Below, piece after piece: positions 42,072 through 51,362 of a stretch of DNA of 64,000 nt (position 1 is the stretch's first letter; every line of letters starts with the position of its first letter). Below the pieces are notes generated by a model, which searched no databases, had not been told where the DNA came from, and saw only the letters and a list, made by a program, of their open reading frames with translations. The position numbers and the translations under genes are program-made. The stretch covers positions 27,465 to 91,464 of the forward strand of contig JAXMDG010000009.1 of NCBI GenBank assembly GCA_046348955.1, given 5' to 3'. The DNA comes from Amaricoccus sp. Lineage in GTDB: Bacteria > Pseudomonadota > Alphaproteobacteria > Rhodobacterales > Rhodobacteraceae.

Positions 42072-43552
42072 TGCTGCTGTTCTGGCCGCTCGTCATCCCC
42101 TTCCTCACCGCGGTGCTGACGCTGCTCGTCCGGCAATCGCCCGGCGCCCAGCGGCTGGCCTCGATCCTCGGCGCGCTGCTCCTGACCGCGGTGGCGGCGG
42201 CGATCGCGGCGCGGGTCGCGGCGCACGGCCCCTTCGCCGAACAGGCCGGCGGCTGGCCCGCCCCCTACGGTATCACGCTGGTCGCCGACGGGCTGTCGGC
42301 CGGGATGGTGCTGCTGACCGGCCTCGTCGCGCTCGCGACCGCGGTCTTCGCGCTCTCCGACATTTCCGCCGCCGAAACGCATCACGGTCATCACCCGCTC
42401 AGCAACGCGCTGGTCGCGGGCCTCTGCGGCGCCTTCCTGACCGGCGATCTCTTCAACCTCTATGTCTGGTTCGAGGTGATGCTGATCGCCTCGTTCGGCC
42501 TGCTGGTGATCGGCGGCGGCAAGGCATCGCTCGACGGCGCCACCAAATATGTCGGGCTGAACCTGATCGCGACCGTCGCCTTCATCTCGGGCGTCGGCCT
42601 GCTCTATGGCACCACGGGCGCGCTCAACATGGCCGACCTGCATGGGCGCCTCGCCGGGCGCGGCGGCGACGCCGCGGTGCTGGTGGCGGCCGCCTTCCTG
42701 ATCTTCGCCTTCGGCGCCAAGGCGGCGCTCTTCCCCGCCTTCTTCTGGCTGCCGGCCGCCTATCACACGCCATCCTTCACCAGCTCGGCGCTCTTCGCGG
42801 CACTGCTGACCAAGGTCGGGATCTATGCGCTTTTCCGGGTCTTCACCCTGGTCTTCCCGATGGAGCCCGCGATCAGCGCGGTGCTGCTCTGGGGCGCGCT
42901 CCTCACCATGGCGCTCGGCGCGCTCGGCGCCCTGGTCCAGACCGGGATCCGCCGGGTGCTCAACTACGCCATCATCTCCTCGGTCGGGACGATGATCCTC
43001 GGGCTCGCGCTGCACACGCCGCTCGCCCTGCTCGGCGCGGTCTATTACCTGTTCCAGGACGTGATCGTGAAGGCCAATCTCTATCTCGCGGCCGGCGGCG
43101 TGCGCCGGCTCTCCGGCTCGGAGGAGTTCGCCGCGACCGGCGGGCTCTGGCGCGCGCGGCCGGGCTTCGCGCTCCTGTTCCTGCTGCCCGCCCTGTCGCT
43201 CGCGGGCGTCCCGCCCTTCGCCGGCTTCTGGGGCAAGCTCATCCTGGTCCAGGCGGGGATCGAGGCCGGCCGGCCCTGGCTGACCTTCGCCATCCTCGCG
43301 ACCGGCTTCCTCACCCTCTTCGCCATGGCGCGGCTCTGGGCCGAAGCCTTCTGGAAGTCCCATCCCGAAGGCGACGACGCGATCGAGGGCCGGCTGCCGC
43401 CCGCCGCCTGGGCCCCGCTCCTCGCGCTGACCGCGCTCATCACGCTGGCCGGCCTCTTCGCCGCGCCGCTGGTCGAGGCGAGCGCGGCGGTCGCGGCCGG
43501 CATCCTCGACCCCGCCGCCTATCTCGCCGCCGTCCTGGGGCCCCAGCCATGA
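42071..43552 (+). CDS. mrpD: Mrp antiporter subunit D
   Basis: TGDLFNLYVWFEVML, FWLPAAY, LTKVG, GVPPFAGFWGK. Confidence 0.9.
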   Translation: MLLFWPLVIPFLTAVLTLLVRQSPGAQRLASILGALLLTAVAAAIAARVAAHGPFAEQAGGWPAPYGITLVADGLSAGMVLLTGLVALATAVFALSDISAAETHHGHHPLSNALVAGLCGAFLTGDLFNLYVWFEVMLIASFGLLVIGGGKASLDGATKYVGLNLIATVAFISGVGLLYGTTGALNMADLHGRLAGRGGDAAVLVAAAFLIFAFGAKAALFPAFFWLPAAYHTPSFTSSALFAALLTKVGIYALFRVFTLVFPMEPAISAVLLWGALLTMALGALGALVQTGIRRVLNYAIISSVGTMILGLALHTPLALLGAVYYLFQDVIVKANLYLAAGGVRRLSGSEEFAATGGLWRARPGFALLFLLPALSLAGVPPFAGFWGKLILVQAGIEAGRPWLTFAILATGFLTLFAMARLWAEAFWKSHPEGDDAIEGRLPPAAWAPLLALTALITLAGLFAAPLVEASAAVAAGILDPAAYLAAVLGPQP

Positions 43553-43890
43553 ACCCCGTCTCCCGTTTCCTCGCCGGCATCGCGCTGGCGGGCTTCTTCC
43601 TGCGCGACCTCACCGTCTCGAGCATCGCGGTCGCCCGCGCCGTGCTGGCGCCCAGGATCGCCGTCCGGCCCCGCTTCGTGACGGTGCCGATCAAGGCGCG
43701 CTCGGATGCCGGGGTGACGCTGGTCGCGAACTACATCACCCTGACCCCCGGCACGCTGACCGTCGATGTCAGCCCAGACCGTGGCACCCTGCTCGTCCAC
43801 GACCTGCTGGCCGGCGACAGCGGCGAGGCGACCCGCGCCGGCATCCGCGACGGCATCGAGCCCCGCGTGCTTCGGGTGACCGGCCGATGA
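43549..43890 (+). CDS. mrpE: Mrp antiporter subunit E
   Basis: ANYITLTPGTL...LLVH. Confidence 0.88.
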   Translation: MNPVSRFLAGIALAGFFLRDLTVSSIAVARAVLAPRIAVRPRFVTVPIKARSDAGVTLVANYITLTPGTLTVDVSPDRGTLLVHDLLAGDSGEATRAGIRDGIEPRVLRVTGR

Positions 43891-44189
43891 TCGTCGAGAC
43901 CACGGTCCCCGGCATCCTCGGCGCGGCGCTCACCCTCACCGTGCTCTGCCTGATCGTCGCCCTGGTCGCCGCCGCCGCGCGGCTGCTGCGCGGCCCGACA
44001 CTGGCCGACCGGGTGGTCGCGCTCGACCTGATCTCGGTCCTGCTCGTGGTCTTCCTGGTGGTGTTCCGCCTGGTCAGCGGCATCAACGCCTACATCTATG
44101 TGGCGATCGGGCTCGCGCTGATCGCCTTCCTCGCGACCGTCGCCTTCGCCCACTATATCGAGCGCAGCCAGGGGGACAGCGATGAGTGA
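43887..44189 (+). CDS. mrpF: Mrp antiporter subunit F
   Basis: GPTLADRVVALD; three TM helices. Confidence 0.88.
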   Translation: MIVETTVPGILGAALTLTVLCLIVALVAAAARLLRGPTLADRVVALDLISVLLVVFLVVFRLVSGINAYIYVAIGLALIAFLATVAFAHYIERSQGDSDE

Positions 44190-44523
44190 CTGGATCGCCG
44201 CCGCGCTCCTGGTCGCGGGCGGCTTCTTCTGCCTGGTGGCCGCGCTCGGCGTCCTGCGGTTCGGCGACGTGTTCTGCCGGATGCATGCGGCGACCAAGGC
44301 CGGCACGCTCGGCCTCGCGCTGGTCTGCCTCGCCGAGATGCTGCTCGCCAAGGATTGGGCCCAGCTGTTCGAGACCCTGTTCGTCTTTCTCTTCATGATC
44401 GCGACCGCGCCGATCGGCGCCCATCTCATCGGCCGCGCCGCCTTTCGGACGCGGGCTCCGGTCAGCCCCGGCACCGAATCGGATCCGGGAGCGGAGGCGT
44501 TCCGGGCGCGCTCCAGCGGCTGA
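44182..44523 (+). CDS. mrpG: Mrp antiporter subunit G
   Basis: RMHAATKAGTLG, TAPIGAH. Confidence 0.88.
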   Translation: MSDWIAAALLVAGGFFCLVAALGVLRFGDVFCRMHAATKAGTLGLALVCLAEMLLAKDWAQLFETLFVFLFMIATAPIGAHLIGRAAFRTRAPVSPGTESDPGAEAFRARSSG

Positions 44524-44750
44524 GGAGCAGGGACAGTTCGTCGGAACCGGCTTCCGGAGCATCTGATCCTCCAAACCCGCCTTCGAACAGTACGCGGATT
44601 TCATTGACTAATTTCCGATGGGCGGGCAGTTTCACCGCCAAGGAGTTGCCAATGCCGATCCGTCGAAATCCCCACCGATGTTGCCCGGGCGGCGCGCGCC
44701 AAGGCCTCGCCTAGCGTCCTTCCCCTCCCTTTCATCCATCAGGACAGACC

Positions 44751-45746
44751 ATGAAACGCATGCTTGCCCTCGGGGCGGCCTTGCTGGCGCTTGCGCTGCC
44801 GGCCGCCGCTGCCGACCAACTCAAGATCAATATCGGCTACCAGACGGTGGTGGAGCCCTCGAAGGTGCCCCAGGCGACCGGGGCCTATGACGCCGCGACC
44901 AATGCCAGGATCGACTGGCGCAAGTTCGACAGCGGCGCCGACGTGATCGCCGCCATCGCCTCGGGCGCCATCGATATCGGCTATGTCGGGTCGAGCCCGC
45001 TCGCGGCCGCCGCCAGCCGCCAGCTGCCGATCGAGACGATCTACATCGTCGGTCTGATCGGCGAATCCGAGGCGCTGGTCGCCCGCGAGGGCAGCGGCAT
45101 CCACAGCGTCAAGGATCTCGTGGGCAAGAAGGTCGCGGTGCCCTTCGTCTCGACCACGCATTACAGCCTGCTCGCCGCGCTGAAGCACGAGGGCATCGAT
45201 CCGAAGAAGGTCGAGATCCTGAACCTGCGCCCGCCCGAGATCGCGGCCGCCTGGCAGCGCGGCGACATCGACGCGGCCTATGTCTGGGATCCGGCGCTCG
45301 GCCAGATCAAGCAGTCGGGCAAGGTCATCCTCGATTCCACGAAGGTGGCGGAATGGGGCGCGCCGACCTTCGACGCCTGGATCGTCCGCAAGCAGTTCGC
45401 CGACGAGAATCCCGAGGCGGTGCGTGCCTTCGTCCAGGTGACGGGCGATTCCTACGCGACCTATGCCGCCGATCCGGGTGCCTGGGGCGCGAGCTCGGCG
45501 CAGGCCAAGGAGATCGCGCGCATCACCGGCGCGAAGGCCGACGAGGTGCCACAGCTCCTCAAGGGCTACGTGTTCCCGACCTTGGCCGAGCAGGCGTCCC
45601 CCGCCTATCTGGGCGGTGCCACGATCCAGGCGATCGCCGCCACCTCGGCCTTCCTCAAGGAGCAGGGGCGGATCGACGCGGTGCTGGCCGACTATTCGGC
45701 CTATGTCGCGCCGGGCTTCTCCGTCGAGGCGGCCAAGCTGAACTGA
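44751..45746 (+). CDS. tauA: Taurine ABC transporter substrate-binding protein
   Basis: Signal peptide; WRKFDSGADV, GSSP, VPFVSTTHYSL, WGAPTFD. Confidence 0.88.
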   Translation: MKRMLALGAALLALALPAAAADQLKINIGYQTVVEPSKVPQATGAYDAATNARIDWRKFDSGADVIAAIASGAIDIGYVGSSPLAAAASRQLPIETIYIVGLIGESEALVAREGSGIHSVKDLVGKKVAVPFVSTTHYSLLAALKHEGIDPKKVEILNLRPPEIAAAWQRGDIDAAYVWDPALGQIKQSGKVILDSTKVAEWGAPTFDAWIVRKQFADENPEAVRAFVQVTGDSYATYAADPGAWGASSAQAKEIARITGAKADEVPQLLKGYVFPTLAEQASPAYLGGATIQAIAATSAFLKEQGRIDAVLADYSAYVAPGFSVEAAKLN

Positions 45747-45815
45747 GTCCGCCGGGCCATCGCCTTGTTCCGGTCCGGCCCCGAGCGGGGCCGGACGTCT
45801 TTTAAAGGGTCGATC

Positions 45816-46589
45816 ATGCCGAGACTGGTGCTGAACAATATCTCGATCCGCTATGACGGAGCGCCCGAGCCGGCCGTCGTCGATGCCTCGCTGGCGTTGT
45901 CGACAGGGGATTTCCTGGTCCTGACCGGGCGGTCGGGCTGCGGCAAGACCACGCTGCTCAACGTGGCCGCGGGCTTCGTCGGCGCCAGTTCGGGGATCGC
46001 CGCCATTGATGGGCGCCCGATCGTCGGACCGGGCGCCGACCGGGCGGTGGTGCTGCAGGGGGGCGCGCTGTTTCCCTGGCTGAGCGCGGCCGAGAATGTC
46101 GCCTTCGCCCTGCGCATGCGCGGGGTCCCGGCGGCGGAGCGCCGCGCCCGGGCCGACGCGCTGCTGCATCGGGTGAAGCTCGGCGATCTCGGCGACAAGC
46201 CGATCTGGGAATTGTCGGGCGGCATGCGCCAGCGGCTCGGCCTGGCCCGCGCGCTGGCGGCGGAGCCGAATTTCCTGCTGATGGACGAACCGCTCGGCGC
46301 GCTCGACGCGCTGACGCGCGAGCGGATGCAGACCCTGCTGCTCGAGCTCTGGGCCACGAGCCCGATCGGGGTGCTGATGGTCACGCACGGCATCGAGGAG
46401 GCGCTGCTGCTCGGCACCCGCATCCTGGTCATGGCGCCGGGGCCGGGGCGCATCGTCCGGAGCTTCGAGGTCGGCTTCGCCAGCCGCTACCGCGCGGGCG
46501 AACCGGTTCGCGACATCAAGGCCGGCCGCGATTTCGCCGAGGCCCGCGCCGAGCTCGGCGCCGCAATTCTGGAAGGGGAACCCGCATGA
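45816..46589 (+). CDS. tauB: Taurine ABC transporter ATP-binding protein
   Basis: GRSGCGKT, LSGGMRQR, MDEPLGALD, PGPGR. Confidence 0.85.
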   Translation: MPRLVLNNISIRYDGAPEPAVVDASLALSTGDFLVLTGRSGCGKTTLLNVAAGFVGASSGIAAIDGRPIVGPGADRAVVLQGGALFPWLSAAENVAFALRMRGVPAAERRARADALLHRVKLGDLGDKPIWELSGGMRQRLGLARALAAEPNFLLMDEPLGALDALTRERMQTLLLELWATSPIGVLMVTHGIEEALLLGTRILVMAPGPGRIVRSFEVGFASRYRAGEPVRDIKAGRDFAEARAELGAAILEGEPA

Positions 46590-47410
46590 GCCTGACACAA
46601 AGCGACGATCTCGCGACCGACTGGTCCGCGCCGCCGCCCTCCGCCGGGCCGCGCACGAGCTTCTGGAGCGTGCGCCGCATCAGCCTGCTGACCCTGCTGA
46701 CCCTGCTGCTCGTCTGGGCCCTGGTGACCACGCTGACCCTGGTCCCGCCGGTCTTCCTGCCCTCGCCGGCCGCGGTTGCCGCGCGCTTCGTCACGGTCTG
46801 GCAGGACGGCTATGCCGACGCGACCCTGTGGCAGCATCTGAGCGCGAGCCTCGGCCGGGTCGTCGCGCTCGCGGTCGGGCTGCCGGTCGGGCTCGCCATC
46901 GGCGCCAGCACGGTCGGGCGCGGCATCTTCGACCCGCTGCTCGAGTTCCTGCGGCCGATCCCGCCGCTCGCCTATCTGCCGCTGATCATCATCTGGTGCG
47001 GCATCGGCGAGCCGTCCAAGGTCCTGGTGATCGCCATCGCCATGCTCGCGCCGATCGCGCTCTCGACCGCCGCCGGGGTCCGCTCGGTCAGCCGCGACCG
47101 GATCAATGCCGCGCGGGCGCTCGGCGCCAGCCAGGCCCAGCTCATCTTCCATGTCGTGTTGCCGAGCGCCTTGCCCGAGATCCTGACCGGCCTCCGGATC
47201 GCGCTCGGCGCCGGCTGGACCACGCTCGTCGCGGCCGAGCTCATCGCCGCCACCCGCGGCCTCGGCTTCATGATCCAGTCGGCCGCGAACTTCCTCAATA
47301 CCGAGGTGGTGATCCTCGGTATCCTGATCATCGCCTCCATCGCCTTCATCCTCGAGTTCGGCGTCCGTCGCATCGAGGCCGCCTTCGTCCCGTGGGCCGG
47401 ACGCGAATGA
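46586..47410 (+). CDS. tauC: Taurine ABC transporter permease
   Basis: RPIPPLAYLPL, AARALGAS, GWTTLVAAEL. Confidence 0.85.
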   Translation: MSLTQSDDLATDWSAPPPSAGPRTSFWSVRRISLLTLLTLLLVWALVTTLTLVPPVFLPSPAAVAARFVTVWQDGYADATLWQHLSASLGRVVALAVGLPVGLAIGASTVGRGIFDPLLEFLRPIPPLAYLPLIIIWCGIGEPSKVLVIAIAMLAPIALSTAAGVRSVSRDRINAARALGASQAQLIFHVVLPSALPEILTGLRIALGAGWTTLVAAELIAATRGLGFMIQSAANFLNTEVVILGILIIASIAFILEFGVRRIEAAFVPWAGRE

Positions 47411-47497
47411 CCTGCGCCCCGGCGCGTCTGGATCGGGACGAGCGAGCCCCCGCCCGGCCGCCCGCCGCGAACCGGCGCGCCGCGCGGTTCGCACGCC

Positions 47498-48817
47498 TCA
47501 ATGCTCGGCGGCGCCGTCGCCATGGCCGAGCCGCGCGCGGATCCGCCGGACCATGAACCAGACCCCGAGCACCACCGGGATCACCAGCAGCGCGGAGAGA
47601 TGGCTCTTCTCGATGCCGAAGGGCTCGGCCAGCGGGCCGAGCAGATAGGTCCCGAGCGTCACCGCATAATAGCTGATCGCCACCACCGACAGGCCCTCGA
47701 CCGTCTCCTGCAGCCGCAGCTGCATCGCCGCGCGCTTGGCCATCTCGTGCAGCACCTGGGTGTTCTGCGCCTGATTCTCGACATCGACCCGGGTACGCAG
47801 CAGGTTCGCCGCCCGCTCGGCCCGGCCCGACAGTTCCTGCAGCCGCTGGTTGGCCGAGCGGCAGGTGCGCATCGCCGGATCGAAGCGGCGGGTCATGAAT
47901 TCCGCGAAGATCTGCCGGCCGCCGATCCGCTCCTCGCGCAGCACCGCGACCCGCTGGGTGACGATCGCCTCATAGGCGCCGGACGCCCCGAATCGGAAGG
48001 CCGAGCTCGCCGACAGATGCTCGATCTCGGCCGAGACCTTGAGCAGGCGGTCGAGCGTCTCGGCATCGTCGCCCCGCCCCCGCGCCATGTCGGCGACGAG
48101 GTCGCTGAGGCCGGTATCGAGCCGCGCCACCGCGCCCGTGACCGAGCGCGCGACCGGCAGGGTCAGCATCGCCATGCTCTTGTAGGTCTCGATCTCCAGC
48201 AGGCGCTGCACGATCCGTCCCAGCCGCCGCGCGCCGATCCCGGGCACGGCGAAGACCGCCATCCGGCTATGCCCGTTCTCGTCGATATGGAAATCGGCGG
48301 CGACCACCGCCTCGCCATCCACCACCCGGCTGATCGCGAGGCTCTCCGGGACGAACCATTGCAGCACGTCGCCCGCGAGCCGCGGCTCCAGCGCCGCCGG
48401 CCCGCAGCTCTCGACCCGAACCAGGCAGGAGGTGACCACGGTCCCCGGCGCGGCGGCCAGCCAGTCGGCCGGGAACATCGAGAAGACCGCGCCCGAGAAC
48501 GGCACCTCCGACACCTGATCGGCGAAGATCGTGTAGGTGACGAACTCGGTATGCATCTCCCATTTCAGGAAGCCCCGGCCGAGCGGCCCCGAATAATGGC
48601 TCGCGCCCGGCGCCGGATGCGCGGCGCCGTAGCGGTCGAGCAGGGCGATCAGATGCGCGAGATCGAGCGACCTGTCGCGGTCGGCCGCGTTCTCCGCCGG
48701 CTTGATCGCCAGATGCACCGCGCTGAGCGGCGCATTCAGCTCCGGTGATGGCCGGGCATGCAGCTCGTTGGCGAGGCTGAAGCGGTGGGGATGGTCCGCG
48801 AGGGTGAGCTGGGCCAT
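47498..48817 (-). CDS. DUF3422 family membrane-anchored protein
   Basis: NELHARP, WEMHTEF, EIETY, LRLQETVEGLSVVAISYY. Confidence 0.8.
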   Translation of the reverse strand: MAQLTLADHPHRFSLANELHARPSPELNAPLSAVHLAIKPAENAADRDRSLDLAHLIALLDRYGAAHPAPGASHYSGPLGRGFLKWEMHTEFVTYTIFADQVSEVPFSGAVFSMFPADWLAAAPGTVVTSCLVRVESCGPAALEPRLAGDVLQWFVPESLAISRVVDGEAVVAADFHIDENGHSRMAVFAVPGIGARRLGRIVQRLLEIETYKSMAMLTLPVARSVTGAVARLDTGLSDLVADMARGRGDDAETLDRLLKVSAEIEHLSASSAFRFGASGAYEAIVTQRVAVLREERIGGRQIFAEFMTRRFDPAMRTCRSANQRLQELSGRAERAANLLRTRVDVENQAQNTQVLHEMAKRAAMQLRLQETVEGLSVVAISYYAVTLGTYLLGPLAEPFGIEKSHLSALLVIPVVLGVWFMVRRIRARLGHGDGAAEH

Positions 48818-49016
48818 GATCGCTCCGGATTCCTTCTTCGGGATCGCTGGCCCGATTGGTGCCATCTTTCCCACCATTTTCCAAGCACCGCTCCGGGATA
48901 TCGGTGGCAAGATACCGGCTCCGCCCGTCCGAGGCGGAACGGAGCGAGCCGGAAGGCCTCGCCGTTGGGGCCCGTTCGAAGCCCCCCGGGGCGGGAGGGC
49001 CGATCCCCGTGCCCGG

Positions 49017-49505
49017 TCAGAGCATCCCGAGCAGCGTTTCGCCGGCGCTCAGCTCGCAGACGCCGCGGGCGACCTCGGGGTTGAAGATCGTCACGACGCC
49101 GTCCTCGACCAGCATCGCATAGCGCGCCGAGCGGTCGATCATCCCGTGCTGAGGGAAGGTCGAAGCGAGGCCGAGCGCCTTGGTGAAGCGCGCGTCGGCA
49201 TCGGCCAGCATTCGGATGCCGGCCGCGCGCGCGCCGGTCGCCTCGCTCCAGGCCGCCATCACGAACGGGTCGTTGACCGCCACGCACACGATCTCGTCCA
49301 CGCCCTTGGCGAGGATTGCCTCGCGGGTGCGGATGAAGCTCGGCACATGCTGGGTCGAGCAGATGCCGGTGAAGGCGCCGGGCACGGCGAAGAGCACGAC
49401 CTTGCGACCCGAGAACAGCGCGTCCGAGGGGACGGGCGCCACGCCCTCGGGGCCCTTCTCCAGAAACTCTGCCACCGGCAGCCGATCGCCAACCTTGATG
49501 CTCAT
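49017..49505 (-). CDS. Peroxiredoxin (Prx5-like)
   Basis: VPGAFTGIC, VNDPFVMAAW, RSARYAM. Confidence 0.9.
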   Translation of the reverse strand: MSIKVGDRLPVAEFLEKGPEGVAPVPSDALFSGRKVVLFAVPGAFTGICSTQHVPSFIRTREAILAKGVDEIVCVAVNDPFVMAAWSEATGARAAGIRMLADADARFTKALGLASTFPQHGMIDRSARYAMLVEDGVVTIFNPEVARGVCELSAGETLLGML

Positions 49506-49578
49506 TTGCGTCCCCGCTTTGCCGAAACCCGTCAGGCGGCATATAGAGGGCGCGATCCCCAGGACCACAAGGGTGCCG

Positions 49579-50805
49579 ATGCAATCCGATCCCACGCAAG
49601 CCCGCTTCCTGATCATCGGCGCCGGACAGGCCGGGGCCGCCCTCGCGGCGCGGCTCAGGGCGCTCGGCCATGCCGGCCCGCTGACCCTGGTCGGCGCGGA
49701 GCCCGATGCGCCCTATCAGCGGCCACCCCTCTCCAAGGCCTATCTCAAGCGCGAGATCGACGCCGAGCGGCTGCATCTGCGCCCGCCGAGCTTCTATGCC
49801 GCGGAGGGGATCGCGCTCGTCACCGGAACGGAGGTCGCGGCGATCGACCGGGCGGCGCGGATCGTGCGGCTGAGCGACGGGAGCAGCCTCGCCTATGATC
49901 GGCTGGCGCTGACCACCGGCGCCGAGCCGCGGCGGCTGCCGGCGGCGATCGGCGGCGACCTGCCCGGCGTCTTCACGCTGCGCGACCGGTCGGACGCCGA
50001 CGCGCTCGGCGCCGTGCTGCGGCGCGGAGCGCGGGCGGTGATCGTTGGCGGCGGCTATATCGGGCTGGAGGCCGCCGCCGTGCTCGCGGGCGCGGGGCTC
50101 GAGGTCGCGCTGGTCGAGGCGGCGCCGCGGATCCTCGCGCGCACCGCGGCACCGGCGACCGCCGACTATTTCCGCGCGCTGCATGAGGGCCACGGGGTGC
50201 GGCTGCTGGAAGGCGTGGCGCTGGCCCGGCTGACCGGCGAGCGGCATGTCGACGGGGTCGCGCTCGCCGATGGCCGGCTTCTTCCGGCCGACCTGGTGCT
50301 GGTCGGGATCGGGGTCGTGCCGCGCGACGGGCTGGCGCGCGCGGCCGGGCTCGCGACCGAAGACGGGATTCTGGTCGATGCGGCGGGGCGGACCTCCGAC
50401 CCGGCGATCTTCGCCGCCGGGGATTGCACGCGGTTTCCGCATGGGGCCGGGCGCATCCGGCTGGAAAGCGTGCCGAACGCGATCGACCAGGCCGAGGCGG
50501 TGGCGGAAGCGATGCTGGACCGGCCGGTCGCCTATGCCGCCCGGCCGTGGTTCTGGTCGGACCAGTACGACGTCAAGCTGCAGATCGCGGGCCTTGGCGC
50601 GGGGTTCGACCGGACCGTCACGCGGCCCGGGGCGCGGTCGGGCGCGCAGTCGGTCTGGTATTTCGAGGGGCCGCGGCTCCTCGCGGTCGATGCGATGAAC
50701 GATCCGCGCGCCTACATGACCGGCAAGCGCTGGATCGAGGCCGGCTTCTCGCCCGATCCCGAGCGGCTGGCCGATCCTGGGACCGATCTCAAGGCGCTCG
50801 GCTGA
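49579..50805 (+). CDS. NAD(P)/FAD-dependent ferredoxin reductase-like oxidoreductase
   Basis: GAGQAG, PYQRPPLSK, GGGYIGLE, RLES, PWFWSDQYD. Confidence 0.9.
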   Translation: MQSDPTQARFLIIGAGQAGAALAARLRALGHAGPLTLVGAEPDAPYQRPPLSKAYLKREIDAERLHLRPPSFYAAEGIALVTGTEVAAIDRAARIVRLSDGSSLAYDRLALTTGAEPRRLPAAIGGDLPGVFTLRDRSDADALGAVLRRGARAVIVGGGYIGLEAAAVLAGAGLEVALVEAAPRILARTAAPATADYFRALHEGHGVRLLEGVALARLTGERHVDGVALADGRLLPADLVLVGIGVVPRDGLARAAGLATEDGILVDAAGRTSDPAIFAAGDCTRFPHGAGRIRLESVPNAIDQAEAVAEAMLDRPVAYAARPWFWSDQYDVKLQIAGLGAGFDRTVTRPGARSGAQSVWYFEGPRLLAVDAMNDPRAYMTGKRWIEAGFSPDPERLADPGTDLKALG

Positions 50806-51362
50806 TGCGGATCATCGCCGGCCGCTTCCGCGGCACGGCCTTGGCGGGCCTCGGGGCGGGCGATCCGGCGGCGCATCTGCGCCCGACCTCGGACCGGGTG
50901 CGCGAGAGCCTCTTCAACCTGCTGGCCCATGGACCCTATCCGCCGATCGAGGGCGCGCGGGTGCTCGATCTCTTCGCCGGCACCGGCGCGCTGGGGCTCG
51001 AGGCGCTGTCGCGGGGGGCGGCGTCCGTGACGTTCGTCGACAAGGGCGCCGCGGCGCTCGACCTGCTCAAGCGCAATGTCGCGCGGCTGCGGGTCGAGGC
51101 GGAGACGGCGATCCTCGCGCGCGACGCGACGCGGCCCGGGGCCAATCCCGGGGCGCCCGCCGATCTCGCCTTCCTCGACCCGCCCTATGGCAAGGGGCTG
51201 GGCGAGCGGGCGATGGCGGCGATCCGGGGGCAGGGCTGGCTGGCGCCGGGGGCGCTCGTCATCTGGGAGGAGAGTGCGCCCTTGGGCTGCTCGCCCGGCT
51301 TGACCCTGCTCGACGCCCGCCGCTATGGAGACACGATGATCAGCATCCTGAGCGCGCCATGA
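50805..51362 (+). CDS. rsmD: 16S rRNA m2G966 methyltransferase
   Basis: MRIIAG, RPTSDRVRESLFN, LDLFAGTG, DPPY. Confidence 0.93.
   Translation: MRIIAGRFRGTALAGLGAGDPAAHLRPTSDRVRESLFNLLAHGPYPPIEGARVLDLFAGTGALGLEALSRGAASVTFVDKGAAALDLLKRNVARLRVEAETAILARDATRPGANPGAPADLAFLDPPYGKGLGERAMAAIRGQGWLAPGALVIWEESAPLGCSPGLTLLDARRYGDTMISILSAP

Noticed and set aside
49360-49390. Peroxiredoxin motif PGAFTGIC instead of PGAFTPTC
   Set aside because: The catalytic PxxxTxxC pattern is intact; this is ordinary variation
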